64,000 bases of DNA from an uncultured Acidobacteriota bacterium (lineage in GTDB: Bacteria > Acidobacteriota > Thermoanaerobaculia > Gp7-AA8 > CAVUJZ01), in NCBI GenBank assembly GCA_963741905.1, contig CAVUJZ010000017.1, positions 273,626 to 337,625 of the forward strand. Direction: 5' to 3'. Under the pieces are notes generated by a model. It was not told the origin of the DNA. It did not search any database and worked only from the letters and a program-made list of their open reading frames with translations. This document shows, piece by piece, positions 1 through 8,800 of the stretch (the stretch's first letter is position 1; every line of letters starts with the position of its first letter). A program made the position numbers and the translations under genes.

Positions 1-167
1 TGTCCACGAACCTGCAATGCCGCCTGTCCGCTCTTGTTGCGATCCATCTTCTTACGGCTGGTTTCGCGTTTGCGCAGCTTCCGAATCAGGGTTGCCTCAG
101 TGGGCGGCTCTATGACGCCGGCTCGGGGGCTCTGCTTCGCGGCCGGCTGGTCCTTGGCGATCAGGGC

Positions 168-3100
168 GTGCGGGAGGTGGAAGGCGAGTTTCGCGTCTGT
201 GACATCTTCGCGACCGACACGAAGATCATGGCCTCGGCGGAGGATCACATCTCCCAGTACTATCCGGGAATCGACCTATGTGCCGCTGACGAAGGCGAAT
301 CACAGTCGCTGTACCAGCAGGCAGCCGTGGTGTCGATCGGGCCGGGGAAGGAGCCCCGCGTCGAGTTTCCCCTCCATCGGGGTGGTTCCCTGGCCGGCAG
401 GATCACCAGCCGCGAGACCGGGGCGCCGGTTGCAGGCGCGAGGATCGAGGTCTATCGGTTCAACGGGAGGGGATATTCGGGCGGGGGTTGGGTCGAATCG
501 GACCTCACCGGGGCGTATGTCATTCCGGGGGGGGTCTGCGGTGGTGATCAGTACAAGGTCAGGGTCAGTGCTGAGCGCTACCTTCCCGCGCTTTCCGGCG
601 ATCCCGACTGCTCGACGTGCGACATCCTGTTCGAGGGAAGCCGGATCACGATTGCGGGGGAGGGGCAAACCAGGCTCGACTTTGCTCTGCGGGAGGCGAT
701 GGGTACCGTCACGGGTCATGTGATCGACCGCTTCACTCGAAAGCCCATCGAGGGAGCGAGAGTGATCAACGAGGTCACCGGAGTCGACGGAAGTTATTCG
801 CTGGAGCTGGAGCGGAAGCCGTTTCGGATCTGGGCCGAGGCCGAGGGCTATGCTCGGCAGGTCTATCCGTGTGCCTATCACTGTGAGCTCGAAGAGACGC
901 CACCGATCGCGTTCGGGACCGGGGGGACCATGGTCGTCGATTTCGAGCTGTCGACGATGGATCTCGTGAGGGTGATCCCGAGCTGGTCGACCCCTGCAGG
1001 GGGCGAAACCGCCCGCATCGAGGGGGTCGGTCTGGACGATGTGACCGCTCTCTGGATCGACGGGACCTCCGTTCCGATCCGGGCGGCAAACGAGACGTTC
1101 GTGGAATTCAGGATTCCGGCGCACCCGGAAGGCGCCGTCTCGCTTCGCGTGGCCGATGGGGATGGACGTTCCTATGAGCTGATGGAAGGCCTCACCTACT
1201 GGAAGGGATCTCAGCCGCGCAGAATTCGAGACATCGAGAAGAACCGATCCATCATGACGGAAGCGGTCCCGGATGAGATCGTCGCGATGGGTGGAGCGAT
1301 CTACTTTGCCGAGACCGATACCAGGGATGGTCGCGAGCTCTGGCGGTCGGACGGTACAGGGGCGGGAACGACGATGGTCAAAGACATCGAGCCGATTGCG
1401 GGTCATGGCTCGAGCCCTGCGGGCCTGGTTGTTCTCCGCAGCTCCCTCTACTTCAGCGCTTCGGGAATGTTCACTCTTCCCACGCTGTGGCGCACCGATG
1501 GCACGGAGTCGGGAACGAGTCCGGTGCTCGCCATTGACGGTTCGGTTCTGACCGCACCCGACTGCACCGCTGCGGTGAACGGGTCGGTCTATCTGCAGGC
1601 GATCGATCCGGCTGGAGCTCGCTGGCTCTGGCGCATCCCCTCCGAAGGATCGCGGGCGCAGCCGATCCTCCGCGTCCTCTCCTCCTCCGAGTGCAGCGAG
1701 TTCGGACATCTCGGCACGCGGGTGGTCACGGGGGCCGCGGCAGGCCCGGAAGGACAGGAGCCATGGATCACCGACGGAACGCCGCAAGGGACGCACCTGC
1801 TCGGGGATCTTTATCCGGGAAACGACGGCTCGAAACCCGACGAATTCACGGAACTGAATGGTCGCGTCTTCTTCGCGGCCACCACGAACTGGGGGCGCGA
1901 GCTCATCGTCAGTGACGGCAGCCCCTCGGGAACGCGCATGGTCGTGGATCTCCAGCCGGGACAGGGGGGCTCATTCCCGCGGTATCTCGTCGCCTTCAAC
2001 GGGCGTCTCTATTTCGAAGCCGCCAGTCCGAATGGCGTCGGAATCTGGAGCACCGACGGTACCGAAAAGGGGACGCGCTTTCTCGTTGCCGGCGGCGGCC
2101 CGATTGTCGCCTACAGGAACGCGCTCTACTTCATCGCCTCGAACCGCCTGATGCGTACGGACGGCACGACCTCGGTGCTCGTCAGCACGGTTCGCGACGG
2201 TCGCGATCTCTCCGTCGCGAATGACCATCTCTGGTTCAGTGCAGAGGGGCAGATCCCCTGCGAAGCGGGGGTGACCTGGTGCCGACCACTGTGGGTTTCC
2301 GACGGCACGTCTTCAGGGACTCGTCCGGTGGACAACATCTGGTGGGCCGGCGCTCCGTTCAGCCTCGGAGCTCGAACCTGTTTTGCCGGCCGCGATCCAC
2401 ACAATGTCGGAGGCCTGTGGTGTGGCGATGCCGGAGGAAACTCGATCTCTCTCGTGTGGAACTTCGATCCCGTTCCGCTCTCGAGAGGCTCGAATCCAAT
2501 GATCGAGCCGCTGAGCGAGAAGATCATTCTGATCGCGGCAACCACGGTGGAATCGGGGACCGAGCTCTGGACCTCCAACCTCAGAGAGGAGGGAACGGTC
2601 CTGTTGACCGACATCGCTCCAGGACCCGAATCGGGGTTTACTCCCCCCATTCTCGCCGCGGGTTCGCAGTACTTCTTCCGTGGAATTACGCCTTGGCACG
2701 GCCGGGAGCTCTGGGTCACCGACGGAAGGCCGGAGAACACGCATGAGGTGGTGGATCTGACCCCCGGCGTTGAAGACGGAGTGGGCTGGCTGCTGTTCGC
2801 CGGCGGAGATTCGGTCTATTTCACCCGACCCGGTCCTGATGGTGAATCACTCTGGAGATCCGATGGGTCCGCAACGGGAACCAGGCAGATCCTGGAGGCT
2901 GTCCCCTCGGTCGCCACCGCCTGGAAGGGCGCGCTGGTCTTCGCCGGAAACCGCTCCGTGAACGGTTGTGTGGTGTGCCGCATGACTCCATCCGGCTCGT
3001 TCGAGGAGCTCTGGCAACCGGAGGAGTCTCGTGGCTGGGACCCGGACGTGTCGCACCTGGATGTCGTCGGCGACCGACTGTTCCTCAGAACCTCCACATC

Positions 3101-3716
3101 TGGATGGAGCGGGATGTTTTCGCTGGGAGAGGGGCCGTCGGCGAGGCTCACCTCGCAGACCGTAGACACAGTCTCAGCGTCTCAGTCCGGAATGGCCCTG
3201 TTTCATTTCTTTCAGCCATACGGCCTCGGAAAGTCGCTGGAAGTGTTCTGGACCGATGGAACGCCTGCAGGGACGACGTTGCTGGGCACCATCGGACCGC
3301 TGCAGGACACGAACGTGACGGCGTCCGGCGCCGGGAGTCGCGTCTTCTTCCGGGTGGAACCTCTCGCCGGCAATTCGGATCTGGGGGTGGAGCTCTGGGT
3401 GACGGACGGAAGGAGCCTCGAGCTGGTGCGGAGGCTTCGTTCCATGGCTTCGGAAATGGCCGGCACGCCGGAAGGCGGGATTTTCTTCTCAGGGCGTACG
3501 CCAGGGACGGATTGGGAAGTGTGGCAGAGCGATGGTACCTCGGAGGGAACCCGTCTCGCCTGGGACGTGAATCGCGAGGGGCCCTCCAACCCGCGGGACT
3601 TTCACGTTGTGGGGCCGTACCTGCTGTTCTCCGCGGAAGCGCCGGAAAATGATCGGGAGCCGTGGGTGGTGCAGTACCGGCCCCCCGACCGAAAGCGTCG
3701 AGCGCACCGACCTTGA
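168..3716 (+). CDS. ELWxxDGT-repeat surface/secreted protein with carboxypeptidase-regulatory-like and IPT/TIG-like N-terminal domains
   Basis: 1182-aa ORF. It has more than 12 repeats of about 50 aa ending in (R)ELW(R/V/T)(S/T)DGT..GT, for example RELWRSDGTGAGT, RELIVSDGSPSGT, RELWVTDGRPENT and WEVWQSDGTSEGT. The N-terminus carries GRITSRETGAPVAGARIEVY (CarboxypepD_reg-like) and VRVIPSWSTPAGGETARIEGVGL (IPT-like). There is no signal peptide after the GTG at 168, so the true N-terminus may be upstream or off-window. Confidence 0.75.
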   Translation: MREVEGEFRVCDIFATDTKIMASAEDHISQYYPGIDLCAADEGESQSLYQQAAVVSIGPGKEPRVEFPLHRGGSLAGRITSRETGAPVAGARIEVYRFNGRGYSGGGWVESDLTGAYVIPGGVCGGDQYKVRVSAERYLPALSGDPDCSTCDILFEGSRITIAGEGQTRLDFALREAMGTVTGHVIDRFTRKPIEGARVINEVTGVDGSYSLELERKPFRIWAEAEGYARQVYPCAYHCELEETPPIAFGTGGTMVVDFELSTMDLVRVIPSWSTPAGGETARIEGVGLDDVTALWIDGTSVPIRAANETFVEFRIPAHPEGAVSLRVADGDGRSYELMEGLTYWKGSQPRRIRDIEKNRSIMTEAVPDEIVAMGGAIYFAETDTRDGRELWRSDGTGAGTTMVKDIEPIAGHGSSPAGLVVLRSSLYFSASGMFTLPTLWRTDGTESGTSPVLAIDGSVLTAPDCTAAVNGSVYLQAIDPAGARWLWRIPSEGSRAQPILRVLSSSECSEFGHLGTRVVTGAAAGPEGQEPWITDGTPQGTHLLGDLYPGNDGSKPDEFTELNGRVFFAATTNWGRELIVSDGSPSGTRMVVDLQPGQGGSFPRYLVAFNGRLYFEAASPNGVGIWSTDGTEKGTRFLVAGGGPIVAYRNALYFIASNRLMRTDGTTSVLVSTVRDGRDLSVANDHLWFSAEGQIPCEAGVTWCRPLWVSDGTSSGTRPVDNIWWAGAPFSLGARTCFAGRDPHNVGGLWCGDAGGNSISLVWNFDPVPLSRGSNPMIEPLSEKIILIAATTVESGTELWTSNLREEGTVLLTDIAPGPESGFTPPILAAGSQYFFRGITPWHGRELWVTDGRPENTHEVVDLTPGVEDGVGWLLFAGGDSVYFTRPGPDGESLWRSDGSATGTRQILEAVPSVATAWKGALVFAGNRSVNGCVVCRMTPSGSFEELWQPEESRGWDPDVSHLDVVGDRLFLRTSTSGWSGMFSLGEGPSARLTSQTVDTVSASQSGMALFHFFQPYGLGKSLEVFWTDGTPAGTTLLGTIGPLQDTNVTASGAGSRVFFRVEPLAGNSDLGVELWVTDGRSLELVRRLRSMASEMAGTPEGGIFFSGRTPGTDWEVWQSDGTSEGTRLAWDVNREGPSNPRDFHVVGPYLLFSAEAPENDREPWVVQYRPPDRKRRAHRP

Positions 3717-3799
3717 GCCGCCAGCGGGAAAGGTCGAACGACTCCGGAAGCGATGGAGGCAATCGTGAAATCGTCACGCTGACGACCGGATCGAAGATG

Positions 3800-4611
3800 A
3801 TGGCGTACGTCTACACGGCGGACGACGAGCGGTTGTGGGAACTGAACGCGACCACCAGCCGGTCGCAGTACACCCTGCGGGATCTCGACCACAAGCCGCT
3901 GCGGGTGATCGAGGAGGACGGCTCGTCGGGGACGGCGGTCTGGAGCTGGAAGGAGGACTGGGTCTACCGCGGGGGGACGCTGATGACGGCGGTCAAGCCC
4001 ACCGGGGATCCAGTTCCACGTCGACCACCTGGGGACGCCGCGCCTCGTCACCAACTCCACCCGCGGGACGGTCGGCCTGCATCAGTACTACCCCTTCGGC
4101 GAGGAATCGACCTCCCCGACGCAGGACACCGAGGAGCTGAAGTTCACCGGCCACGAACGGGACACCGAATTCTCCGGAGCCCGCGACTACCTCGATTACA
4201 TGCACGTCCGGTATTATGCCGATGGGGCGACGGTGCTTATCAGTTGATCCTTCGCAGAACACTTGCAAGAACCGCACGAGTACCGCAGACGAATGGAACC
4301 GCTAAACGTATGTGCTCGACAAGCCGCTTCGTGCGAGGGAGCTGACGGCAAATATCAGCCCGGCGTGGGGTCGGTTTTTATCCGTGGATCCGGTCCTCGA
4401 TGTAAAACAGGCGATGACGAACCCTCAGGGTTGGAACCGATACGCGTACGTGTTCGACAACCCGCTCCGCTTCACAGACCCGACGGGCAAATATGTATGC
4501 CGTGGTGATGAGGCCTCATGCAAGGCGATCGAGGCGACGCTTGGCGTGATGAAGCAAGCGGCAGCCGGGTTGAAGAGCGACGACCCACGTCAAGCGCAAC
4601 GAATCAGGTGA
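3800..4611 (+). pseudogene. Orphan RHS/YD-repeat core C-terminal fragments: two nested core ends plus a short C-terminal tip
   Basis: Starts MAYVYTADDERLWEL..YTLRDLDHKPL (YD repeats). There is a 2-nt indel near 4005 relative to the copy at 6699. A first core end reads YY.PMGRRCLSVDP..EWNR(TAA)TYVLDKPL and contains an in-frame stop. A second core end at 4312-4611 reads SPAWGRFLSVDP..GWNRYAYVFDNPLRFTDPTGKY and is followed by a tip of only about 40 aa. Confidence 0.7.
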
Positions 4612-4924
4612 CGCACTCGGAAAGCCGGCGACGCTAAGACGAAAATCTGACGTCTGGGCGAACCCCATGAAGCAAGATGAATCACGCAAGTTGAAGCCGG
4701 AAGACAACACACTGCGTATACGCTCATAGCGATTGATCTTCGAACAGGCCGTAGAGAAGGAACTTTCTCCGTGAATCCAACATGATAGAGTAAACGGCTG
4801 GAACGGGGCCAACAGCGACAAGGTGCACATTTTCGTATTCGTGGAAGGAAAGAAATTGACGACCGATCCAGTGGTTCAAAGACCGTCCATCAAAGATCGA
4901 GAGGACGCAGGAGTTACCGAAGCC

Positions 4925-5080
4925 ATGAGAGCGATTCACATCCTTTGTGTCGCGGTTCTGGCGCTCGCTGGAGCAGCAGGTGCTTCAACGGGAGAGACGG
5001 ACGAACCGCGCGAGCGTCCCGACGTTGCGACTGCCTCGAAGGTGGAGCCTTCACCTGAGGAGCATATCTGGCAACATTGA
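4925..5080 (+). CDS. Small hypothetical secreted protein in a lower-GC cassette
   Basis: MRAIHILCVAVLALAGAAGAS looks like a signal peptide, and an AGGAG lies about 12 nt upstream. The ORF is short and I recognise no homology. Confidence 0.25.
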   Translation: MRAIHILCVAVLALAGAAGASTGETDEPRERPDVATASKVEPSPEEHIWQH

Positions 5081-6100
5081 GTTATCACGGGCGGCACGGG
5101 TCATCACGTGGTTGTGTACAACTGGCTTCGCCAAGGAGATGTCGTCGGCACGGTCAGGAGAAGGCGCTGGCCGGAATCCGAGCCCAGATCGACAGTGTCT
5201 CCTGGTCCAGCGGCAGTGCTGGCTGCTCATCAACCTCCTCAGATGTGACCTGACAACGCGGTAGCTACAGCCCGGGTCGACACTGGAATCACGATGCCGA
5301 ACAAGTAGTAGTCGGCGGCGACCGATTTTTCATCGCTGCTCACGGGGACCATCCGGTCATGAGTCGGTGGCCCTTGCCGCCGGGAGCCGAACGCGGAGAT
5401 TGCCTCCGCTCTGTTCTTGGTATCGCCTGTCCCGACACAGGCCGGCCGAAGCTATTGCTCTCAAACCAGTCGACTAACCACGATCGGAAGTCAACGCGGA
5501 TGCGTCATCGTGAAGACGCCATGGCGGTACGGGTACTGAATCGAGCGGCCCCGAACTCGACGCGTCCATTTGCCGATGGTCGAGTCCGATCCGTGTTCCG
5601 CGAGAGGTTTGCCCGAAGCCGAAGCGGGAGCGCCTTGCCCCTGCCGCGGCGCCCGCGGGCCCGCCCGGCCTGGCGAGCTCGCTGGGGCATCGCGCCGAGC
5701 AGCGGTCGCTTGGCCGGAGCGTGGAGAAGGAAATGTGCGGGTGGTGATTCGCGGGGGCTTTCGCGCGGAGTCCGGATTGGCGGGATCTCCTTGACAGGAG
5801 TGTAGCTGATCGTCAGTAGCCGAGGGGGGTGGATTCTAATCTTTGCAAGGTCAACCATCTGGCGTCAGGAAACACGGAGAACGCGACTACTCGACGTGCT
5901 ACGTCACGACCGGTACGGCAACACACTCAGATGATCCCCCGCTTGAAAAGGTGGTGCGATTCGACCGGGTACCATGTCGATCGACAGACGCGGATGCTCG
6001 GCGTACTCGATCCTCGGGCATTGTGACCCGATTTCGCCGACGCAATCGCCGCGCTGCCGTACAAGAGATGCGGGCGAACCAGACGGGCGTGGGGACTGAA

Positions 6101-6165
6101 GGGTCAGGTCTTCGATCTTCGGTCAAGGCCGCCGAAGATCGAAGATGTGGCCCCGGTTTTGGGCA
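6101..6165. repeat. Inverted REP pair forming a hairpin, plus a conserved GGTTTTGGGC tail
   Basis: GGGTCAGGTCTTCGATCTTCGGTCAAGG (6101-6128) is followed by its inverted partner CCGCCGAAGATCGAAGATGTGGCCCC (6129-6154). CTTCGATCTTCGG pairs with CCGAAGATCGAAG. The same 65-nt module recurs at 7236-7300. Confidence 0.8.
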
Positions 6166-6181
6166 CTGGAGGACCCAAGCA

Positions 6182-6673
6182 ATGAGGAATGAAGTTATGC
6201 TGGCGCTCTTGGTGCTGGGATGCTCTTGTTCGCTTCTATCGAATGATAGACGAGATGTCTGTCGAGGCAGTGCAGTACGACCAGCCGACGAGATCTCACC
6301 AGGTCAATTGATCTACGAGGTAGAAGCAGGAAGCCAGTGTGCGATTGTCAGGGCGTTCGATGTGCTCAGTCGTGGTTCTGCCGGGGGTGGGGATATGGAG
6401 GATATTTATCGCGCGCTCGCCACTCAGCTTGCTGTGAATCCTTTGCTCATTCTCGCGCAGACTCGCGACCGAGACTGGTCAGTTGACCAAATCCAGATCT
6501 TGGCCAATTCATTGCCGCTCGAGAGTGTTGACGACTCACCCCGACGGATCACCATTCTCAGGTCCCGGTTACAGGCGGTTGAACGTGTGAATGATGATTC
6601 TCTCACAAGAGAAAAGATGGCCACCGTCGCCGCGCTGTCGGACTATCTTGCACGACTCTCAAAGTCTCTGTAG
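6182..6673 (+). CDS. Hypothetical lipoprotein, candidate RHS-cassette immunity protein
   Basis: MRNEVMLALLVLGCSCS carries a lipobox (VLGC). The segment is visibly lower in GC than its flanks and lies between two orphan RHS fragments. I recognise no family. Confidence 0.5.
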   Translation: MRNEVMLALLVLGCSCSLLSNDRRDVCRGSAVRPADEISPGQLIYEVEAGSQCAIVRAFDVLSRGSAGGGDMEDIYRALATQLAVNPLLILAQTRDRDWSVDQIQILANSLPLESVDDSPRRITILRSRLQAVERVNDDSLTREKMATVAALSDYLARLSKSL

Positions 6674-6698
6674 ACGAAAGGGCAGGGGGTACAGGACC

Positions 6699-7190
6699 AT
6701 GGCGTACGTCTACACGGCGGACGACGAGCGGCTGTGGGAGCTGAACGTCACCACCAGCCGGTCGCAGTACACCCTGCGGGATCTCGACCACAAGCCGCTG
6801 CGGGTGATCGAGGAGGACGGCTCGTCGGGGACGGCGGTCTGGAGCTGGAAGGAGGACTGGGTCTACCGCGGGGGGACGCTGATGACGGCGGTCAAGCCGA
6901 CGGGTCGGATCCAGTTCCACGTCGACCACCTGGGGACGCCGCGCCTCGTCACGAACTCCACCCGCGGGACGGTCGCCCTGCACCAGTACTACCCCTTCGG
7001 CGAGGAGTCGACCTCCCCGACGCAGGACACCGAGGAGCTGAAGTTCACCGGCCACGAACGGGACACCGACTTTTCCGGAGCGCGCGACTACCTGGACTAC
7101 ATGCATGCCCGGTACTACAGCCCGATGATGGGGAGGTTCCTGAGCGTGGATCCGGGCGGCATGGACCCGAGTACGCCGCAGTCAGACGCG
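6699..7190 (+). pseudogene. Orphan RHS core fragment no. 2, truncated by REP sequences
   Basis: About 425 nt are near-identical to 3800-4222. It reads in frame through HVDHLGTPRLVTN..YYPFGEE..FTGHERD..YMHARYYSPMMGRFLSVDP and then runs into the REP copies at 7198. No toxin tip is present. Confidence 0.7.
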
Positions 7191-7197
7191 CAATACT

Positions 7198-7290
7198 GGG
7201 GTCACATCTTCGATCTTTGGTCAACGCGCAATACTGGGGTCACATCTTCGATCTTTGGTCAAGGCCGCCGAAGTTCGAAGATGTGGCCCC
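7198..7290. repeat. REP cluster left of the RAYT gene: two direct copies plus one inverted copy
   Basis: GGGGTCACATCTTCGATCTTTGGTCAA occurs at 7198 and 7236 (38-nt period). The inverted copy CCGCCGAAGTTCGAAGATGTGGCCCC lies at 7265-7290. Confidence 0.8.
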
Positions 7291-7512
7291 GGTTTTGGGC
7301 GGGAGGAGGGCGTGAGCCAGGTCGAGCATCGCGCGAAGTCGCGCGATCTGGTCTGCACGGAGTTCGCGAGTGGCGCCAGGAAGGGCGGAAATGCCGACTG
7401 GCGGTGGCGACCACCGGCTGGATCGGGTGAATCAGGCGGAGCTCGGCCGGGCCTGCTCAGCCGAGAAGGTGCGAATTCAACCTTGAGATGTCTGTCGGGG
7501 GGCTCCGCGCCG

Positions 7513-8504
7513 TCAGGCGCGGTAGTGCTGAGGCAGCGGCGGAGCGTGCTGGCGCGCGCGAGCGATGCACTCGTCGAAGAGCTGACGCAGAAACGGGTCG
7601 CGCTCGCATTCGCGACGGCAGCGTTTCACCAGATTCGATACATGTCCCGCGCTTCGGAGCCCCAGCTCCCGGGCAATCTCGCGCAACGTGCGAAGCCCTT
7701 CCCACCAGCCGAGCCGCGCATAGATCATCCGGCAGAGCGCCCCACGATTCGTCCGGATCTCCTCCTCGGTCACGTCCATCTTCTCGGCCACCGCGGTCAT
7801 GATCGCGTCGAGCGGCGGACGTCCCACCTCACGCTGGAACCGCGGATGCTCGGTCGATCTCTCCTCGCTGTCGATCAGCTCCTGGACCGTCGCGACGAAC
7901 TCCGCCGTCCCCAGCACGATCTGACCCACGACCTTCGCCATCAGATCGTCCGCCACACCAATCGCCGCCTCGACGAACGCTTTGTACTCCTGTCGCGCCG
8001 TCTTCGCGTCGCTGCCGAACAGCGCAAGGCTGTCCATGCAGAGCCATTCCGGCGGCTTCTCCAGCCCGATCTTCGCTCGATAGCTCGACCAGCGATAGTC
8101 CTCGGGGCGCTCGACGATCCCCGCACGAACGGGATTGAGCACGATGTAGCGGCAGAGCTCGAGCAGATAAGCCTCGCGCTCGACGATGACCGACTTGAAC
8201 CGCCCCTGGAAGAGATGCCCCACCCGCCCATGACGCTTGTTGAAGCGCTGCGCATACCGGCTCTGGAAGTGCTGCATGCCCTGGGAGAGGTTTCCCTCGG
8301 GAGTCTCGATCGAAAAATGGAAATGATTGTCGAGCAAACCGTATTCGTGAATCAGCCAGTTGCAGCGGCGTTGTTCGTCGCTCGAGGAGCCAGAAGGAAG
8401 TCCTCGCGGTCCTCGTCGCAGAGGAAGATGTCCTGTTGAGCGTTGCCGCGGTTCATCACGTGGTGAATGGCCCCGGGAAGATCGAGTCGAAGTGGTCTCG
8501 CCAT
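7513..8504 (-). CDS. REP-associated tyrosine transposase (RAYT, IS200/Y1 HUH family) with a C-terminal DnaA-C-like HTH; one frameshift
   Basis: The N-terminal part MARPLRLDLPGAIHHVMNRGNAQQDIFLCDEDREDF is in one frame. The rest, LIHEYGLLDNHFHFSIETP..GHLFQGRFKS..CRYIVLNPVRAG..YRWSSY, is in another frame, with the switch near 8390. The HUH motif (NHFHF) and the catalytic-Tyr region (YIVLNP) are present. The tail REIARELGLRSAGHVSNLVKRCRRE looks like an HTH. Confidence 0.75.
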
Positions 8505-8621
8505 AACAAGCCGAGGATCCCTCGGAAAATCCGATCTGTCCAATCATTGCCGTAATCAGGCGCTTTTTCTCCTCGGAATGGAAACTCGCTCTACGAGGAG
8601 TAGATCCGGGTGGCGAAGCGA

Positions 8622-8679
8622 ATCTGACGATCGACGACCTGCCCCCGCAGCCGAATCCGACGATCGAAGACCTGACCCC
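8622..8679. repeat. REP doublet right of the RAYT gene, inverted relative to the left cluster
   Basis: ATCTGACGATCGACGACCTGCCCCC (8622-8646) and ATCCGACGATCGAAGACCTGACCCC (8655-8679) have a 33-nt period. The reverse complement GGGGTCAGGTCTTCGATCGTCGGAT matches the REP at 6101. Confidence 0.75.
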
Positions 8680-8800
8680 GCAGCCGGGGAGACGGGAGAC
8701 TCCGCCAGAGCTCCGTCTCCTCAGCCTGGTGATTTCATCCTCATCGCCACCCGGACGTGCAACGTCCGGCCACTCGTGGCAGAACTTTCGTCCAGACCTC

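Larger units (their letters stand above)
7198..8679 (-). mobile_element. REPtron-like unit: a RAYT gene bracketed by oppositely oriented REP doublets
   Basis: This is the combination of the three preceding features. The flanking REPs are in inverted orientation, as in described REP/RAYT loci. Confidence 0.65.

Noticed and set aside
1-167. Open frame on the minus strand running off the left edge (..LIRKLRKRETSRKKMDRNKSGQAALQ..)
   Set aside because: It is too short and has no recognisable motif. I cannot distinguish it from the chance open frames common in this DNA.
5359-5858. ORFs of 148 aa (+) and 117 aa (-) in the spacer between the RHS cassettes
   Set aside because: The products are Arg/Ala/Pro-rich with no start context or motifs, and the two ORFs overlap each other on opposite strands. 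They are probably non-coding.
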